DNA from: Camelus dromedarius
Lineage: Eukaryota
Length of the DNA stretch: 64,000 nucleotides
Reading direction: 5' to 3'
Assembly (NCBI RefSeq): GCF_036321535.1
Contig: NC_087437.1
Coordinates: 107,200,001 to 107,264,000, forward strand
Shown here: positions 38,573 to 51,307 of the stretch, piece by piece
How positions within the stretch are numbered: the stretch's first letter is position 1
Layout: each line of letters opens with the position of its first letter
Translations under genes and position numbers: made by a program
The notes under the pieces: generated by a model
What the model was told of the DNA's origin: nothing
The model's input: only the letters and a program-made list of their open reading frames with translations
Databases searched by the model: none

Positions 38573-40989
38573 AAGGTTAAATAGCAACAACACCTTGTTC
38601 AAGCTCTGCAGTGTCGAAAGCCTCCCTGGATACCAGTCAATCTCTCCTTATTAAAATTTATTTGTGTTATTCTGGCCAGTGAAGTAAGAAGCTGAAGTTA
38701 GTGCAAATGGAGCTGATGAGCATCAAATTGTTCCTGCCTCTCTCACCACTGGCTAGTGAAATGGAGACAGAGGCTGTCTGATCAGTAAGCTTACCTTCCA
38801 CCCATGCTGCTGGGGTCACTGCAAGTTGCTGAGATGGTTTAAGAAAGAGATACACAGTATCATTTTTCACGGCCGTCTGTGGACTAACACACACCGCTCC
38901 AACACACACATTTCCTAGGCAGCTGTTAACAGGTGGAAGTGCAGTCATCCAGGTTAGGATCTTACATGAGAATGGGGGTTCAGGTAAAAGCTGGGCAGTG
39001 TTTACTTGTTTTCTTTTACTTTGGTGAGTCTTGCTATACCCATCTTCCCAAGCCCTCAATCATGGCAGAAACAGGAAGTAACAATGCCACCATTGCTTAT
39101 GTACTGACTGACTGAATAAAGATTTTATTCTAAGTCCCAGGAAGGAATCCATTACATGACCATCACCTTTGACTCTCCCTCTTTTTCCTTCCAATTATCC
39201 AGTCCTGGGCTTGTTGGAAACTCCCCTTCCACCTCTACTGAAGTACCTCAGGGTTCCAACAAGGTGGCTACCTCTCACCTTTGAAAATATAAGCACATGG
39301 GCTTGAGGCAGCAGGAAAAGAAGAGGAAATGGAATTTGATTGAGTTATAGTTCAGGGGATTCATCTTGGCCCACGTTTTCCTTTATTTTTCCCCAAAGCT
39401 GGACTCTTACTTTTGCTCCTTTTTTTTTTTTTTTCCTGATTTCTGGATCCTCTTCCAATCCATCTACACCCTTTCCAGTCTGTGTAAGTGATGAAGCAAG
39501 ATTCCCCTTGTCCTTCACACAGGTGGGGAGTCTCATTCTTTTGAGAACAGAGCTGAGCAGGAGAGAATGAGGCTGTGGTGCTGTCACTCATGAAACTCAA
39601 ACCTATATTCAAAAATCATCCTCCACAGGGAGTCCTCACCAGATCTACCCACAAAGGGTATCAGACTGGATGGTCCATGTCAGTCTGGGCCCCAATGTTT
39701 TAGGTGACTGTTGAGTTATACCTGAAAGAGTTCTTTTGACTCATGACTTTAGAATTAATTACCAGTAGTTGGTTGTGAATTACTAAACACATATTTACAA
39801 TTAACTCTATAATGTCTAACCTATTTTTTGGCATTTCAGATCCTCATTTATTTCTGCCAAAGCAGTAATGAAACAGGTCATTATTTTATCCATCCATTTG
39901 CTTCTAAGATGTCTTTCTCTTAGAAAAGTGGATTGAGGAAAATGGTGCAAATGGAAACTAACTAAGGCAAAGGCATTCGTGGAAGAAAACTTGTCGAGTC
40001 TGACACCAAGAAAGCCTCTCATGTATATTTCACAGCTAAACTTTACAGAATTTTCAGAAAATCCAAAAATCATTTAAAAAAATATCGATAGCCAGAGGAT
40101 TAAAGGGCAAACTGTCTCGACTGGACTCTCTGCGAGCTTTTAGCCAAACAATGTATTCTCCCCACAAAATGCAAAAGAATGTCTTGAGACTATGAGGTGT
40201 TCTGATTTTGTTTCTCTCCCTCTCCAGTCTCTCTCATAGACATTGCTTCTGCCTTTGATCGTTGACAAGTCTAATGATTTGGTCCCTCCGACACAAGTAG
40301 GCATTTAGCATGCTGAAGATAACTCCATGTCTCGGAATTATTCTTGGCCTCTTTTTCATCCTTCTTTCTCTTTTTGCCTCCCCTCCTCTCTCTTTATGTC
40401 TGTCCTGTCCATTAAAATGCCCACTCCAATGAAAGCAGGAACCACATTTATCTTTATCATCTCGTAACACCAGTTTCTAGTTTGGTAACTGGCAAATGGG
40501 AGACATGAATAGATACATGTTAACTATGCAAAATGTGTGTGTTAACCATTTTTTTGAGTATTTATGCATGTGTTCGGTATTTGTCTGTCACCTTTCTTAA
40601 CCACTCTTTCTCTAATAATAAAACCACACCTTTTCAAGGAAACACAATCCATGTGCTTGAGTAAAGCTAATTCCATCTCTGTCCCCTTCCCACAGGGCTG
40701 GGTACTTGATAACAAACCAGGAACTCAGAGCACCCCAGAGATCTAGCTATAGACAGAAAGAGCTCTGTGTGTTGGAGTCCCACTTGGGACATTTGTGAAG
40801 TCATTAGCCAAGTCTAGTTTTTCTCCTTGATCACAAGATATAAGGATCAGGTATTAAAAATGGAACTCTAAGTACTATGAAATATCCATAAATTCTCAAT
40901 GGTCTTACACAATTGAACTTTATTTTAACTGCTATTGTAAATGCTCTCAAATTCTCAGTGTTTTTATCATCATGTTTTATCCTTCGATC

Positions 40990-41260
40990 ATTGCACAGTT
41001 CTTTGTGGATTGATGGCACATGGGGCACTGTTCCATGCAGTTGATCAAGAATTCAACCATGTTTCATCCTGTGGTCTTACCCCATCCTCCACTTGCTGCT
41101 TCCATCACTGACTTAGAAAAGGAAGAAGGAGAGAGTAGATAAGACGTTCTGTCTTCCTAGGAGTGGCAGTCTTCATTTCTGTTGACAGTCCATTGGCATA
41201 ACTGGCCATATTGATCCACCTGACATAAGGTGGAGGTAGACAGCTGTGGAATATAGGGTA
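40990..41260 (-). mobile_element. Old MLT1K-like LTR relic
   Basis: 'ctgttccatgcagt...tttcatcctgtgg...catttctgttgacagtccattggcataactggccata'. Confidence 0.4.
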
Positions 41261-41286
41261 GACACGACCCCAAGAAGGAGAAAGGC

Positions 41287-41418
41287 GGGGAGGGTGTAGT
41301 TCAACTGGTAGAGCACATGCTTAGTGTACACAAGCTCCTGGGTTCAATCCCCAGGACCCCCTCTAAAAATAAATAACTAAGTAAACCTAATTACCACTCC
41401 CTTCAAAAAAAAAAAAAA
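41287..41418 (+). mobile_element. tRNA-Ala-derived SINE (Vic-1-like)
   Basis: ggggagggtgtagttcaactggtagagcacatgcttagtg...ctgggttcaatcccc, 'taaacctaattacc' and poly(A). 14-bp TSD aagaag(g/a)agaaagg at 41272-41285 and 41419-41432. Confidence 0.9.
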
Positions 41419-42369
41419 AAGAAGAAGAAAGGGGACAAAAGCCACATCTAATCAGTCTCTGATGATTGCCATTTATCTGAGAAATGCCACTAAATGCAAG
41501 CAGACTAAGCAGTGGTGAGAATGAGAACAAGAGGGTGCAAATAAGACCAAGGGATAGGAAAAAAAAAAAAAAAGAGAGAAAACAGTAACTTTAGAATCCT
41601 TGAATCCACAAAGTCAATAAAATCCTTATTTTTGCTTATGCCAGTTTAGTTAGGAATTCTGTCACCTAAAACAGTACCAATCTGAATGAACACACCCCTA
41701 TTTTGCTTGCCACAGTGTGTCTGGTCCTCAGCATAATACTTTGCATATGGTAGACAGTCTAAATATTTTTTGAATCCAAGGTTATAGGAATGAACACTCA
41801 ATATTAATATATTTGTCTGACATAGCAGTCAAGCTTATCTCATACATCATTCCTGAAAATTGTTGTCTCAAGTAACTAATGAATGCATGACACTTAGTCT
41901 CTTATTGTATTTTCTGTTATTCTGTTCTTTATCACTCACCTGTGCTTCTTACAAGGAGCTGTATCAAAACTGTCAACACTTTTTAACTGACTGATTCACT
42001 GATTGAAGAATTTTCACATGTACGGTTAGTTAAAACTTAGACTTCAGTTGTATTTCTATTATTCTAAAGCTGTTGAATCTATGAAATCCCGTAAATGTCT
42101 GTGAAATTCTGGAGCATAAGGAACACCTAACCCCCCTCCAAAGTGTGCTCTGATGAGATGTTTGGCTCGCTGCCCCGTCACTGTGCCAGCCCCACAGTGG
42201 AGAAAGACACTCAACACAGAGCTCTTGGTAATTAGAGCGAACCACCAGAGCTGAACATCATAACAACATTCTTCTACAAAGCCGTGGGGCACAGGAGTAA
42301 CAGAAGATTTACTTTGTGCCAACTTGCTGTAGGATTGAGCCCATTCCTCCAAAAACAGCAGCAAGCCCA

Positions 42370-42550
42370 AATGCCCAGGTTTCTATCTCAGCCCACGTGC
42401 TATCTGTGATCCTTGATAATTTAGAAGTTATTTTAGACCCTTTGCTTTCCCTGTTTCTTCATCTGCAAGAGGGAAAATTGTAACATGTACCTTGTTCGGG
42501 TCTTAGAAAGATTAAGAGTGTAAATGTGTATGAAGTGCCTGGTGCATAGC
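42370..42550 (+). mobile_element. MIR SINE relic
   Basis: 'tgtgatccttga...ctgtttcttcatctgcaagaggg...aagtgcctggtgcatag'. Confidence 0.6.
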
Positions 42551-42602
42551 AAATAAAAAATTGATCGACTACACTTCAATAAAAATCAAATTGAAAAAAT
42601 AA

Positions 42603-42603
<1 letters not shown>

Positions 42604-42645
<42 letters not shown>
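42604..42645. repeat. (TTA)n microsatellite
   Basis: About 14 units, following a ~35-bp L1 tail remnant 'gactacacttcaataaaaa'. Confidence 0.95.
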
Positions 42646-42646
<1 letters not shown>

Positions 42647-42740
42647 CCCACTACAGCAGTAGTGAATTTAGTTTTAACTCTTTCATGTCCATTTCTATTT
42701 GCACTCAGCATGTGCCTCTGGCTTTGTCCTGATAGGAGGT

Positions 42741-42954
42741 GGTGGTGTTTTTTTAACTGAAGTATAGTCAGTTTACTATGTTGTGTCAATTTCTGGTGTA
42801 CAGCATAATGCTTCAGCCATTCATATACATACATATATTCTTTTTCATATTCTTTTTGATTATAGATGATTACAAGATGTTGAATATAGTTCCCTGTGCT
42901 ATACAGAAGAAACCTGTTTATTTTGTATATAGTAATTAATATTTGCAAATCTCG
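42741..42954 (-). mobile_element. 5'-truncated L1 3'UTR tail
   Basis: 'tgaagtatagtcagtttactatgttgtgtcaatttctggtgtacagcataatgcttcag...ttccctgtgctataca'. TSD ctga(t/c)aggaggt at 42729-42740 and 42955-42966. Confidence 0.9.
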
Positions 42955-43412
42955 CTGACAGGAGGTTTTGAAAGCACATCATTAAGGCTGTGAAGAATAA
43001 AGGTATTTAAGGCATTCTAGATGCTAAATTTGGAGAAAAGCCTGATGCGAAGTAGGAATTCCAAAAGGGTTTAGACAGTTGTATCTTCTAATGGTCATTA
43101 TCTCTGATGTCTAAGGTAACTGTAGAGAGGAATTTTAAAAACGACTTTGTTTTTTCCATTCATATCTTCATGTGTTTATACTCTGACAGTGTTGAAGTCA
43201 TTTGTGGGCTTGTCTTTCTGTCCCTCCTGCCACATTCTTGACTGCTACTGTCGCAGAATAAGAGGACTGTCACCCCTATCTACATACACCTCCTGCACCT
43301 TGCACAACCTCAGACCTCACAGTGTCTTGACAAACATTTGTTTAATTGATTTCTATTAAGTCAATCTCTTTTGATCCCACAGGATTTAAGGGAGGAGAGA
43401 TAAAAGACAATA

Positions 43413-43533
43413 TTTTTTTGAGGGGGAGATAATTAGGTTTATTTATTTATATTTTTAATGGAGATACTGGGGATTGAACCCAGGACCTCATGCGTGCTCA
43501 GCATGCACTCTACCACTGAGCTATATCCTCCCC
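43413..43533 (-). mobile_element. tRNA-Ala-derived SINE (Vic-1-like)
   Basis: 'taattaggtttatttatt...tggagatactggggattgaacccaggacctcatgcgtgctcagcatgcactctaccactgagctatatcctcccc'. Confidence 0.9.
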
Positions 43534-43870
43534 TCAAAGCACAGAATATTTAATTTCTTTTTCTTTTTTATGATCTTGCTCTAAATTCAAGGAAAAGAGA
43601 AATAATTATAGATTATGAAAGTAATCATGACTATCTATATCTCAGTTTAGTAGAAGTTTTTTGCGTTCTAGAGCCCCATGGCCAGAAGAGATTATAGGTG
43701 GTGACAATATGGTAGAAGTTGCTGTACTTGAAGGAAGACTCAATGACTTTTATCTTTCCCATCACATGATGCATAATATGGGACCCTTAGGGTTAGTGGA
43801 TATGGTATTCACATTTCTAATAACTTGGGGGTTCCTGGAAGAACTTAGATATAAAATATACAGCAGTTCA

Positions 43871-44023
43871 CCTTTCTTCTTTCTTTTCTTTTTTTTTTTT
43901 TGCAGGGGGTAGGTAATTAGGTTTATTTATTTGATTTTTCAATGGAGGTACTGGGGATTAAACCCAGGACCCCACACATGCTAAGCATGTGCTCTATCAT
44001 TTGAGCTATGCCCTTCCCCCTGG
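43871..44023 (-). mobile_element. tRNA-Ala-derived SINE (Vic-1-like)
   Basis: Same body as the other copies. Perfect 10-bp TSD cagcagttca at 43861-43870 and 44024-44033. Confidence 0.9.
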
Positions 44024-44199
44024 CAGCAGTTCATAATTTGAAATATAGTCAGCCTATGCAGTTGCCTGACATTTCTGGTTCTGGGTTTTGTTTGTTTTGA
44101 ATATTTATTATCACACAACAAAAAGCTAAGGTAAGAGATTAAGCAAAACTAAAACCACAGCTTTTTGTTTCTTTAAGAGAAGCCATCCAAAACCACAAA

Positions 44200-44540
44200 C
44201 TGGGACCTTGTTTGGGATTAAGATTGTTGCAGATGTCATTAGTTAAGATGAGGTCATACAGGGTTAGGGTGGGTCCTAAATTCAATGACTGGTGTCCTTA
44301 TAAGACACAGATACAGGAACACACACACACAGGGGAGATGGTCAGTGAAGAAGTGAAGCAGACATTAGAGCCATGCAATAGCTGGAAACCAGGGAATACC
44401 AAGGGTGGCAGGCGAGTACCAGAAGCTAGGAAGAGACAAGAAAGGATTCTTCCCTAGAGCCTTTAGAGAGGGTGTGACCCTGCTGACACTTTAATTTTAG
44501 ACTTCTAGCCTCCAGGATATGAGAAAATAAATTTCTGAGC
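44200..44540 (+). mobile_element. MLT1C-like LTR fragment
   Basis: 'ttgcagatgtcattagttaagatgaggtcatac...tgactggtgtccttataaga...ccagaagctaggaagaga...ccctgctgacacttt...gacttctagcctccag'. Confidence 0.8.
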
Positions 44541-45551
44541 CAAATATTTTGAGCCAAAAAAAAAAAAAGAAAGAAAAAACTAAAACATTTTGTTTCTTTA
44601 AAATGGATGTTTCTTGAAAGGCAGTCGTCTCTGATTGTTGGTGGTAGAAGTGAAGGGAACACAAATAAGTAAGGCAGAAAGTAAAATGGATAGATTTGAA
44701 AGGGGAGTGCAGCAAGGGCTCAGACCTACCATGTAAACAATTTCACTTACGCTGCCCAGAGATACAAGAAAAGGAGGCAGACGGGACAGTGACTCCAGGT
44801 GGTTCACACAATGCAGTTTACTCACCAGTGAGATAAACACTTGGGAAAAGCTACAAGATGGCGAGATGGGTTATGCACAAAAAGTCCAGAACTATGGCTC
44901 TCCTTTACAATGAGGTTAAAGAGGAAGTCAAGAGTGCAAACGTTTCTACAGAGCGGCAGATGGCGAAGGCAAGACGGTGGCAGTTGGAATAAGCATGCCT
45001 GGAGTAAATGTTGATTAGAAACTTCCCAAAGCATTTTATTTTTTGACACATGTGAAACCAACAAATGCATCATTTGACTCATTTCCCCAGAAGTGTTCTG
45101 TTGAAGAGAAGCAGCTCATAGCAGAGAAATAACATGTTCAATAAAGAAAATTCTGGCCCAAATATTCAATCAACCATGAGATGGGTAAGAAAACAGAAGT
45201 ATTTAAAGAGGCCAAGGATAAACTGACTCATCTACTTTTGTGGCAATGTAGCATATTTTGGGATTAAGGCTCACTTGTTTTCCTGTTCTGTCATTTCCCA
45301 ACATTAAGGGACTCGAATAAGAACTCCCTTAATGTTTATTGACATTCCATTAAAAACAGTGTAAGACATAGCCAAATTCTTTTATTTTTTTTCCTTTAAA
45401 AATGTCCACAAGTCCTTGGTGCTAGGATGGCATTTGAAAATGTGTGGGTTCTCAATGTTTTCTTGGCATATGTATAGAGTAGAATACTTGATGTTTTTTC
45501 TTTCATCATGTTTCTGTTGAAACAACAAAAAAACTTCCATCCTCTAGAAAG

Positions 45552-45790
45552 CAGTGAATATCAAATATTTTGGGGTCCCTTTATCCTTTTAAAAATGATT
45601 AATGACCCCCCAAAATTTTGGTTTATGTGAGGACCTAAATATGTGATTATGTCTCCTGATAATTACCATGATAGAAAACAGAACTGAAAAAAAATTCATT
45701 TGTCATAATAATAAACCTATTACATGCTAACATAGGTAATATATATTTAGAAGTTAGAAATCTTAAAAATAAAAAGTGTGTTTTTAAAAT
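45552..45790. mobile_element. hAT-Charlie (Charlie4-like) DNA transposon relic
   Basis: 'cagtg...cccctttatccttttaaaaatgatt...ttttggtttatgtg...ataataaacctattacatgctaacata'. Confidence 0.55.
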
Positions 45791-45798
45791 ACAATCCA

Positions 45799-45935
45799 GT
45801 ATGTGCTTAGCATGCATGAGGTCCTGGGTTCAATCCCCAGTACCTCCATTCAAAATATAAATAAATAAATAAACCTATTTCTCCTTCTCCCCCAAAAGCC
45901 CCTCCCCTCCAAAATAATAAGATTAAAAAAATTTA
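45799..45935 (+). mobile_element. 5'-truncated tRNA-Ala-derived SINE
   Basis: 'gtgcttagcatgcatgaggtcctgggttcaatccccagtacctcca...aaataaataaacct'. Confidence 0.85.
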
Positions 45936-45964
45936 AAATATAAAACTATTTAAATTAATTTCAT

Positions 45965-46530
45965 TGTTCTGGGCCCAGGTTTTAATTTATAAAGGTGACT
46001 GAGTGACCACACAGAAAGGCAATGACATTGAAAAAAGCAGTTTAATTTGCTTACAGTTCCCCGGAATCAACAGGCACAACTCACATTGTGGGGCCACTGG
46101 AGAAACACCAGGTTTTAGTCAGGAAGCAGAAGCAGGAGGTGGGGGGTAGCCTAGGCCATGGCCTTTACTGAGGTTTTCAGGGAAAAAAGGCAGAGCAGTG
46201 TAAGGTAAATAGGATTATCTACTCTATTTGCATAATTTTAGAGGGCTTTGAGCTACAGGTGTGGGCTTTAGTTGCTTGGTGGCTGGCCCTGGGATGATTA
46301 AGGCAAAAGGTATTGTCATCTGTCTTCTAAGCGCCAGATAGAGGATCTTCTGTGCTGAGTTGGCCACCAGATAGAGGAGGTATGGCTTTGCATTGGTTGG
46401 TTTGCGTATCAAAGACATTTCCCCAGCTGAATCCCTGCCCACCTATAAGAACCAGTTAACTCTAGGGAAAGCAGTCTCTCCCCAACCAGAAAGATTCTTT
46501 AAGATGTCAAAACATCATAATGATAGAAAA
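45965..46530 (-). mobile_element. MER76-like ERVL LTR
   Basis: 'ctgggcccagg...taaaggtgactgagtgacc...tcaggaagcagaag...ggcctttactg...ctggccctgggatgattaaggca...attggttggtttgc...agatgtcaaaacatc' matches my recollection of MER76. Confidence 0.65.
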
Positions 46531-46628
46531 TTAAAAATATATATATATGGAATAAATCCATAAACTCTGCATACAGTTGAAGATAGTAATTTGAAAGAAG
46601 GTTTTGAAGAATTCATCTAGAGTGAATC

Positions 46629-47229
46629 TGTCTCGTCTGTTCAGGTGGCTGTAACAGGATACCATGAATGAGTGGCTTATGAACAACAAGCCTTCATTTC
46701 TCACAGTTCTGGAGGCTGGATGTTTAAGATCAGGGTGCCAGCATGGTCAAACGAGCCTAAGAAAGCCTCGGTCAGATTGAATAAAGTTCTGAAGGTCATA
46801 CACAGCTAATAGAGTGGTAGAGTTGTTTCTGAACTGAGTTTATTTTATTTCAGATTTTGTGGTTCTAACCATTCTTCTATACTGTACTATACGAAGTGGC
46901 TTACTTTAAAAAAAAAAAGGGTAAAAAACTGTTCCTTACGAAGCTCTAGATAGAAGTTTGTTAAATAAATATCCTTCTAAATGTTATATTTTAATAATAT
47001 ATTGGAAAATATTCATTGACTTTCTTATTTGGTTGCTCAGTCAAATGGGCCACAGACTTCTTGTTACATTTTCACATGGTAGAAAGGGTCAGGGGCTCTG
47101 TGGGATCTTTTATAAGAGGACTAAACCACCCTAACAACTTAAACTGCCCCATTTCCTAATACCATCACACTGGGCATTAGGACTTCAATATATGAATTTT
47201 AGGGGAGCGTATTCATACAGACCATAGCA
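46629..47229 (-). mobile_element. MLT1A-like LTR interrupted by a ~280-bp insert
   Basis: LTR halves at 46629-46757 and 47052-47229 are colinear. TG..CA ends; 5-bp TSD gaatc/gcatc at 46624-46628 and 47230-47234. Confidence 0.8.
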
Positions 47230-47234
47230 GCATC

Positions 47235-47830
47235 ATATAAAGACAAAGGAGCAGGCAAAAGATGTGAGCATTATTCAGAAAGGATCCCACAGACTCAGGT
47301 AATAAAGAGAATGACAGAGAAAAAGTATAGAAAGAGAAAATATTTGTTAAGTTTCCAGAATTCCTTAGATCAAAAATTTACTCTGAGTATCGAAATAATG
47401 AAAACAAATATATATATATGTATATGCATGACTGGGAACTTATGCGGCACACCAGAAATTGACACCGTGTAACTGACTATACTTCAATTAAAAGATGAAT
47501 TAATAAAAAGAATTTCTATTTAGATTTATTACATTGAATCTTCCTAACACAAAGGATTATTAGTTTAAATTAATGGTTACCAGAGTGGAAGGACATCCAT
47601 ACAAATATTTAGCAAACTTTTGGTCAACAAAAAATAGGTAACAGAAAATAGTGGATTAATATCTTAAAAGGAAGGGAAGTAATGGTAAGCACAGAGTTTA
47701 ATACCTAGCCATATTATTTTCTAAGAATGAGGGTGAAATAGAGAGGAAAAACAATTTTTCCAAGACTATGAAATTTTGCCATCAACTAATAGGCCCTTTT
47801 ATAGGAGTGGTTAAGGGATAAAACGTAGCA
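47235..47830 (+). mobile_element. Ancient L1M/HAL1 ORF1-region relic
   Basis: 'aagtttccagaatt', 'atacctagccatattattttctaagaatgagggtgaaata' resemble the 3' part of L1 ORF1. Interrupted by a young L1 tail at about 47405-47495. Confidence 0.45.
47405..47495 (+). mobile_element. Short L1 3' tail
   Basis: 'tgcatgactgggaacttatgcggcacaccagaaattgacaccgtgtaactgactatacttcaattaaaa'. Confidence 0.75.
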
Positions 47831-48019
47831 GGAGAAAGGTCAACACAGAAGGCAGGCATAGAGTAAAAGTAAAATAAGTGCAAAATTGATACAATATGTT
47901 GATTAATATGCTGAATTTTGATGTAATTGCAAAAACAGCACATTTTGTATGCTTTTTATTAAAGCATTGAACTGAAATAATAAAATGGAGGAGATTATTA
48001 TGAGCTTTAATATGGGAGC

Positions 48020-48490
48020 CAAACCGAAAGAGCTTACTTTTGTATCCCACAGATTTGAGCCGCAAAATAAAGTATTTTTGGATTATAGCCCAAAGCATAT
48101 AATAAACAAACATCTGACACAAATATACAGTTGAATAGATAAATAAAATGACACAGATTTCACACTCACACACAGAATTCTGCATACTATGTTGATACTG
48201 TGTCCCTTAAATGGATGGAGCTTAGCTCTCCCTCCCTCTAGTGTGGGTTGCACTTAGGGACTTGTGTCCAATGACCAGAGTACAGAAAGGGGGAAAATGT
48301 CCTTACAATAGAGGAGTCCTACGAACTCTACTAGGCCAGGTTCTCAAGGTTAACAACGCCAGTGGTACGTGATGTTGATGGTAAGCACCCTCGCTCTGAA
48401 GTGATCAGAATGACATTGCATCTTTCATCTCTATAGTCTTTCCTCCCATAACCCATAACCTCAGTGTTACCATGAGAAAAACACTTTGAA
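48020..48490 (+). mobile_element. L1MC/MD-like 3' region fragment
   Basis: 'ggagcttagctctccctccctctagtgtgggttgcacttagggacttg...tcaaggttaacaacgccagtggt...aacccataacctcagtgttaccatgagaaaaaca'. Confidence 0.7.
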
Positions 48491-49544
48491 GAAATGGGAG
48501 GACTAATGTTGCTAACAGCAGAGGAAGGAAAGGGAAGAGAGGGGAGTTATAAAAAGCCTAGCAGGCTTTTTAGTGAAATATAAATGCAAATACAGAAAAA
48601 AAAAAAAAAGAAAAAGAAAATGAAGGCTGATTCAGGCCCAACTGGAGGAACAGATAGACCTAATTATCTTGTAGAGCTTTAACTGTGAAAAGAGAAGAGA
48701 CGTGCGTGTTGAGTAATGCGTGGCAAAATCCAAACAGAATTTCACTTTAATGTTAAAAAGAGAAAATTGCCCTGGCCAAGCTGAAGGGAAAGAGAAAATC
48801 AACAGATTTTGTGAATGGCGATTGTGTTTTGGTTTAGGAAACTGAACTGAAGTTTGAGTGCCTATCTGTGGGCAGAACTCAGAATGAGTAGGTAGGACAG
48901 GGCTTTCTAGTATGGTTCATCCATGAGGCTCAAGGGAAATAAGTCCTTTTTTAAATTTTTTAGTTATCCACAATGTTGTAAAGAAGGATGAGCCTGCATC
49001 TAGCGTTGCAATAACCCAAGTCCCAGGGCCCAGCTTCCTGTAAAGGGGAAGCTCAGAACTGATGCTCTGACCAGATAAAGGTGTGGCAAGACAGAATTCT
49101 GAGAAAGCACTGCAGGTCAGAGCGGAAGACGATTTTGCATCAAAGAGACCACTCTTTCCTTAAGTTTTCTCAGGCTAACAAATTCAGTAAGGCACTTGTT
49201 TTAACTACAGGTGGTTCCTCACTTAACAGCAATTTGACTTATAATGAGTCACATGCTCAGTGCTCTGCCAATTACTCAGAGCCCTGGCGGGAGGCCACAC
49301 GCAGCGACTTCATTGGCACTGTCTGCTTTCTGACACGCATCGATACTTAAAACCCTATGGCCTGGGTTCTCGACATCAGATGGCCTACTGAGAGCCCACA
49401 CAGTGCCCTCTGCCTGGGTTCTTTTCGGTTCTTGGTCTCAAACCTTCTCTTTCAATAATCAATAACAGTAATGTAGGATACAGATGTACAACTTTGCTCT
49501 TTACCTTTGGGTACGTGTTCTTTCATTTTGTACCAGCTGGTACC

Positions 49545-49760
49545 AATAGCTGAATATTTATTGAGCACTTACTACGTGGCAGTTTCTGTAGTAGCCACTT
49601 TGGATTGGCAAATGTATTTAATCCTTTAAGAGATCTATGACAAGGATATTATAAATTGTATTTTGCTTATAGGTATATTAAGGCTTGACAATCATAACTT
49701 GGGCAAAGCCAGAGCTGATATGTGGCAGAGCTGGAACGAATCCAAGTTTCCTGACTCTAA
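49545..49760 (-). mobile_element. MIR SINE relic
   Basis: 'atatttattgagcacttactacgtggc...taacttgggcaaagccagagctgatatgtggcagagctgga...cctgactctaaa'. Confidence 0.65.
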
Positions 49761-51172
49761 ATCTCATTTCCATATTATACATACTCTACTCCTCCTCAGG
49801 AGGACCTTAGTTGTTCACTTTTAACCTTAAAATATTTCTACCAGTTATACTCAGTAAAGACTAAGTATTTTCATGTGTCTAGTTACTGTACTGTCCACAT
49901 ACGCTAAATACACACCGTTAATACTTTCACACTATGTGCTGCATACGTTTATGATTTAACGGAAAATATTTACTTTCAATAGAGAAACTGTGATAATTTT
50001 TTAAATTGAGCATCAGGTTGTTGATCAGGAAATATCCCAACGTTCCCTTATTACACCATTGTATCTGCAGGAAAACCAAAACCAACCTGAATCATTTTAT
50101 TTACAGCCCACATGATTAGCTGTAAATTTAAGGATGTCTTATGTTGGTCTAAGAAGAGAACAGATATTTCTTTTTGAAAGAGAAATTTCATCTTCATTCT
50201 TGATTCTTGGATATAGAAAATGTGACGTTAACCTAAAATCAGAGATTGAGAAATTTCGCCATTTCCTGGTGTAACCTTAAGATTATCCTTATCAAGGACC
50301 ACTTTCCTTGGTGACTCTGATGATTTATTACTCAGAGGTGTGAATGGATTGTTTTTTGCAATCAGCCTACTATCTGCCAAAAAAGCCTCAGAGATGCCTT
50401 TTACCTTGGTGAATTTTCATGCTCTGAAACTGAATCATTAGCTTTGCAAATAAGAAACTGGGCTTTCCTTTCCCTAGTTCACCCACTTTGCAGAGCTGAT
50501 GGTCCTCCCTGATACGTATTTTCTTTGGCCTATTAAATTTACTGACAAAACCAGCAGCTCCTTTAGTCCTGAAAAACATTTTGTCCCCTCTCATCATATC
50601 TTGAGTTCAATAATGGGCCCAGCAGAGAGCCACCTCCTGTCCTGTCTCCAGTAGTAAGATCTGAAGCATACAAGCCTTGTTGTATGTACTCTCCCTTCTC
50701 CACACGACCAAGTTATTATTTTTACAGAACACTTAAAATGTATTCTAAAAGAGAATAAAATACAAAAGAAAGTTATTCTTTATAAAGATTTATTGGCAAA
50801 ATCTATGAATCATGTAACATTTTAAAATGCTAAGAAAAAGATGATACAATTATCATCCAGAACATCTTAATAGTAAGGCATTTATAATTTTTGTGTTTTG
50901 TATTCCAGCCTTTAATTTTATAATTTTATCAATTATATTTCATCATAGTTTATTTTTTTAATGCTAAAGGCTTAGAGTTAAAAAAACAGTATTTCAATGC
51001 CTCCATACCTAACAGTTCTACTCCTTGGAAACTACTATTTCAAAACTTTTAGCTGTTTCTTTTGATATTTACTTCCGTATTTCCGAGTGGTATGTTAATA
51101 ATGTTATTGCTTAACTTATTGATTTGAATCATCATCCAATAACTTCTTCTAGTAGCTAATGAGTAATCTCTT

Positions 51173-51307
51173 GGGGTGGACGGTGTGGCTTAGTAGTAGA
51201 ACTCGTGCTTAGCATGCACAAGGTCCTGGGTTCAATCCCCAATACCTCCATTAAAAAAAAAAAATCTAATTACCCTCCTCCCCCTCAAGAACAAAACAAA
51301 ATTTAAA
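51173..51307 (+). mobile_element. tRNA-Ala-derived SINE (Vic-1-like)
   Basis: 'gtgcttagcatgcacaaggtcctgggttcaatccccaatacctcca'. Perfect 12-bp TSD gagtaatctctt at 51161-51172 and 51308-51319. Confidence 0.9.

Noticed and set aside
49205..49320. AP-1 site (TGAGTCA, 49245-49251) with NFI half-sites as a distal enhancer
   Set aside because: Such 7-mers recur by chance several times in 64 kb, and the left part resembles a Tigger terminal repeat. Not supportable without conservation or chromatin data.
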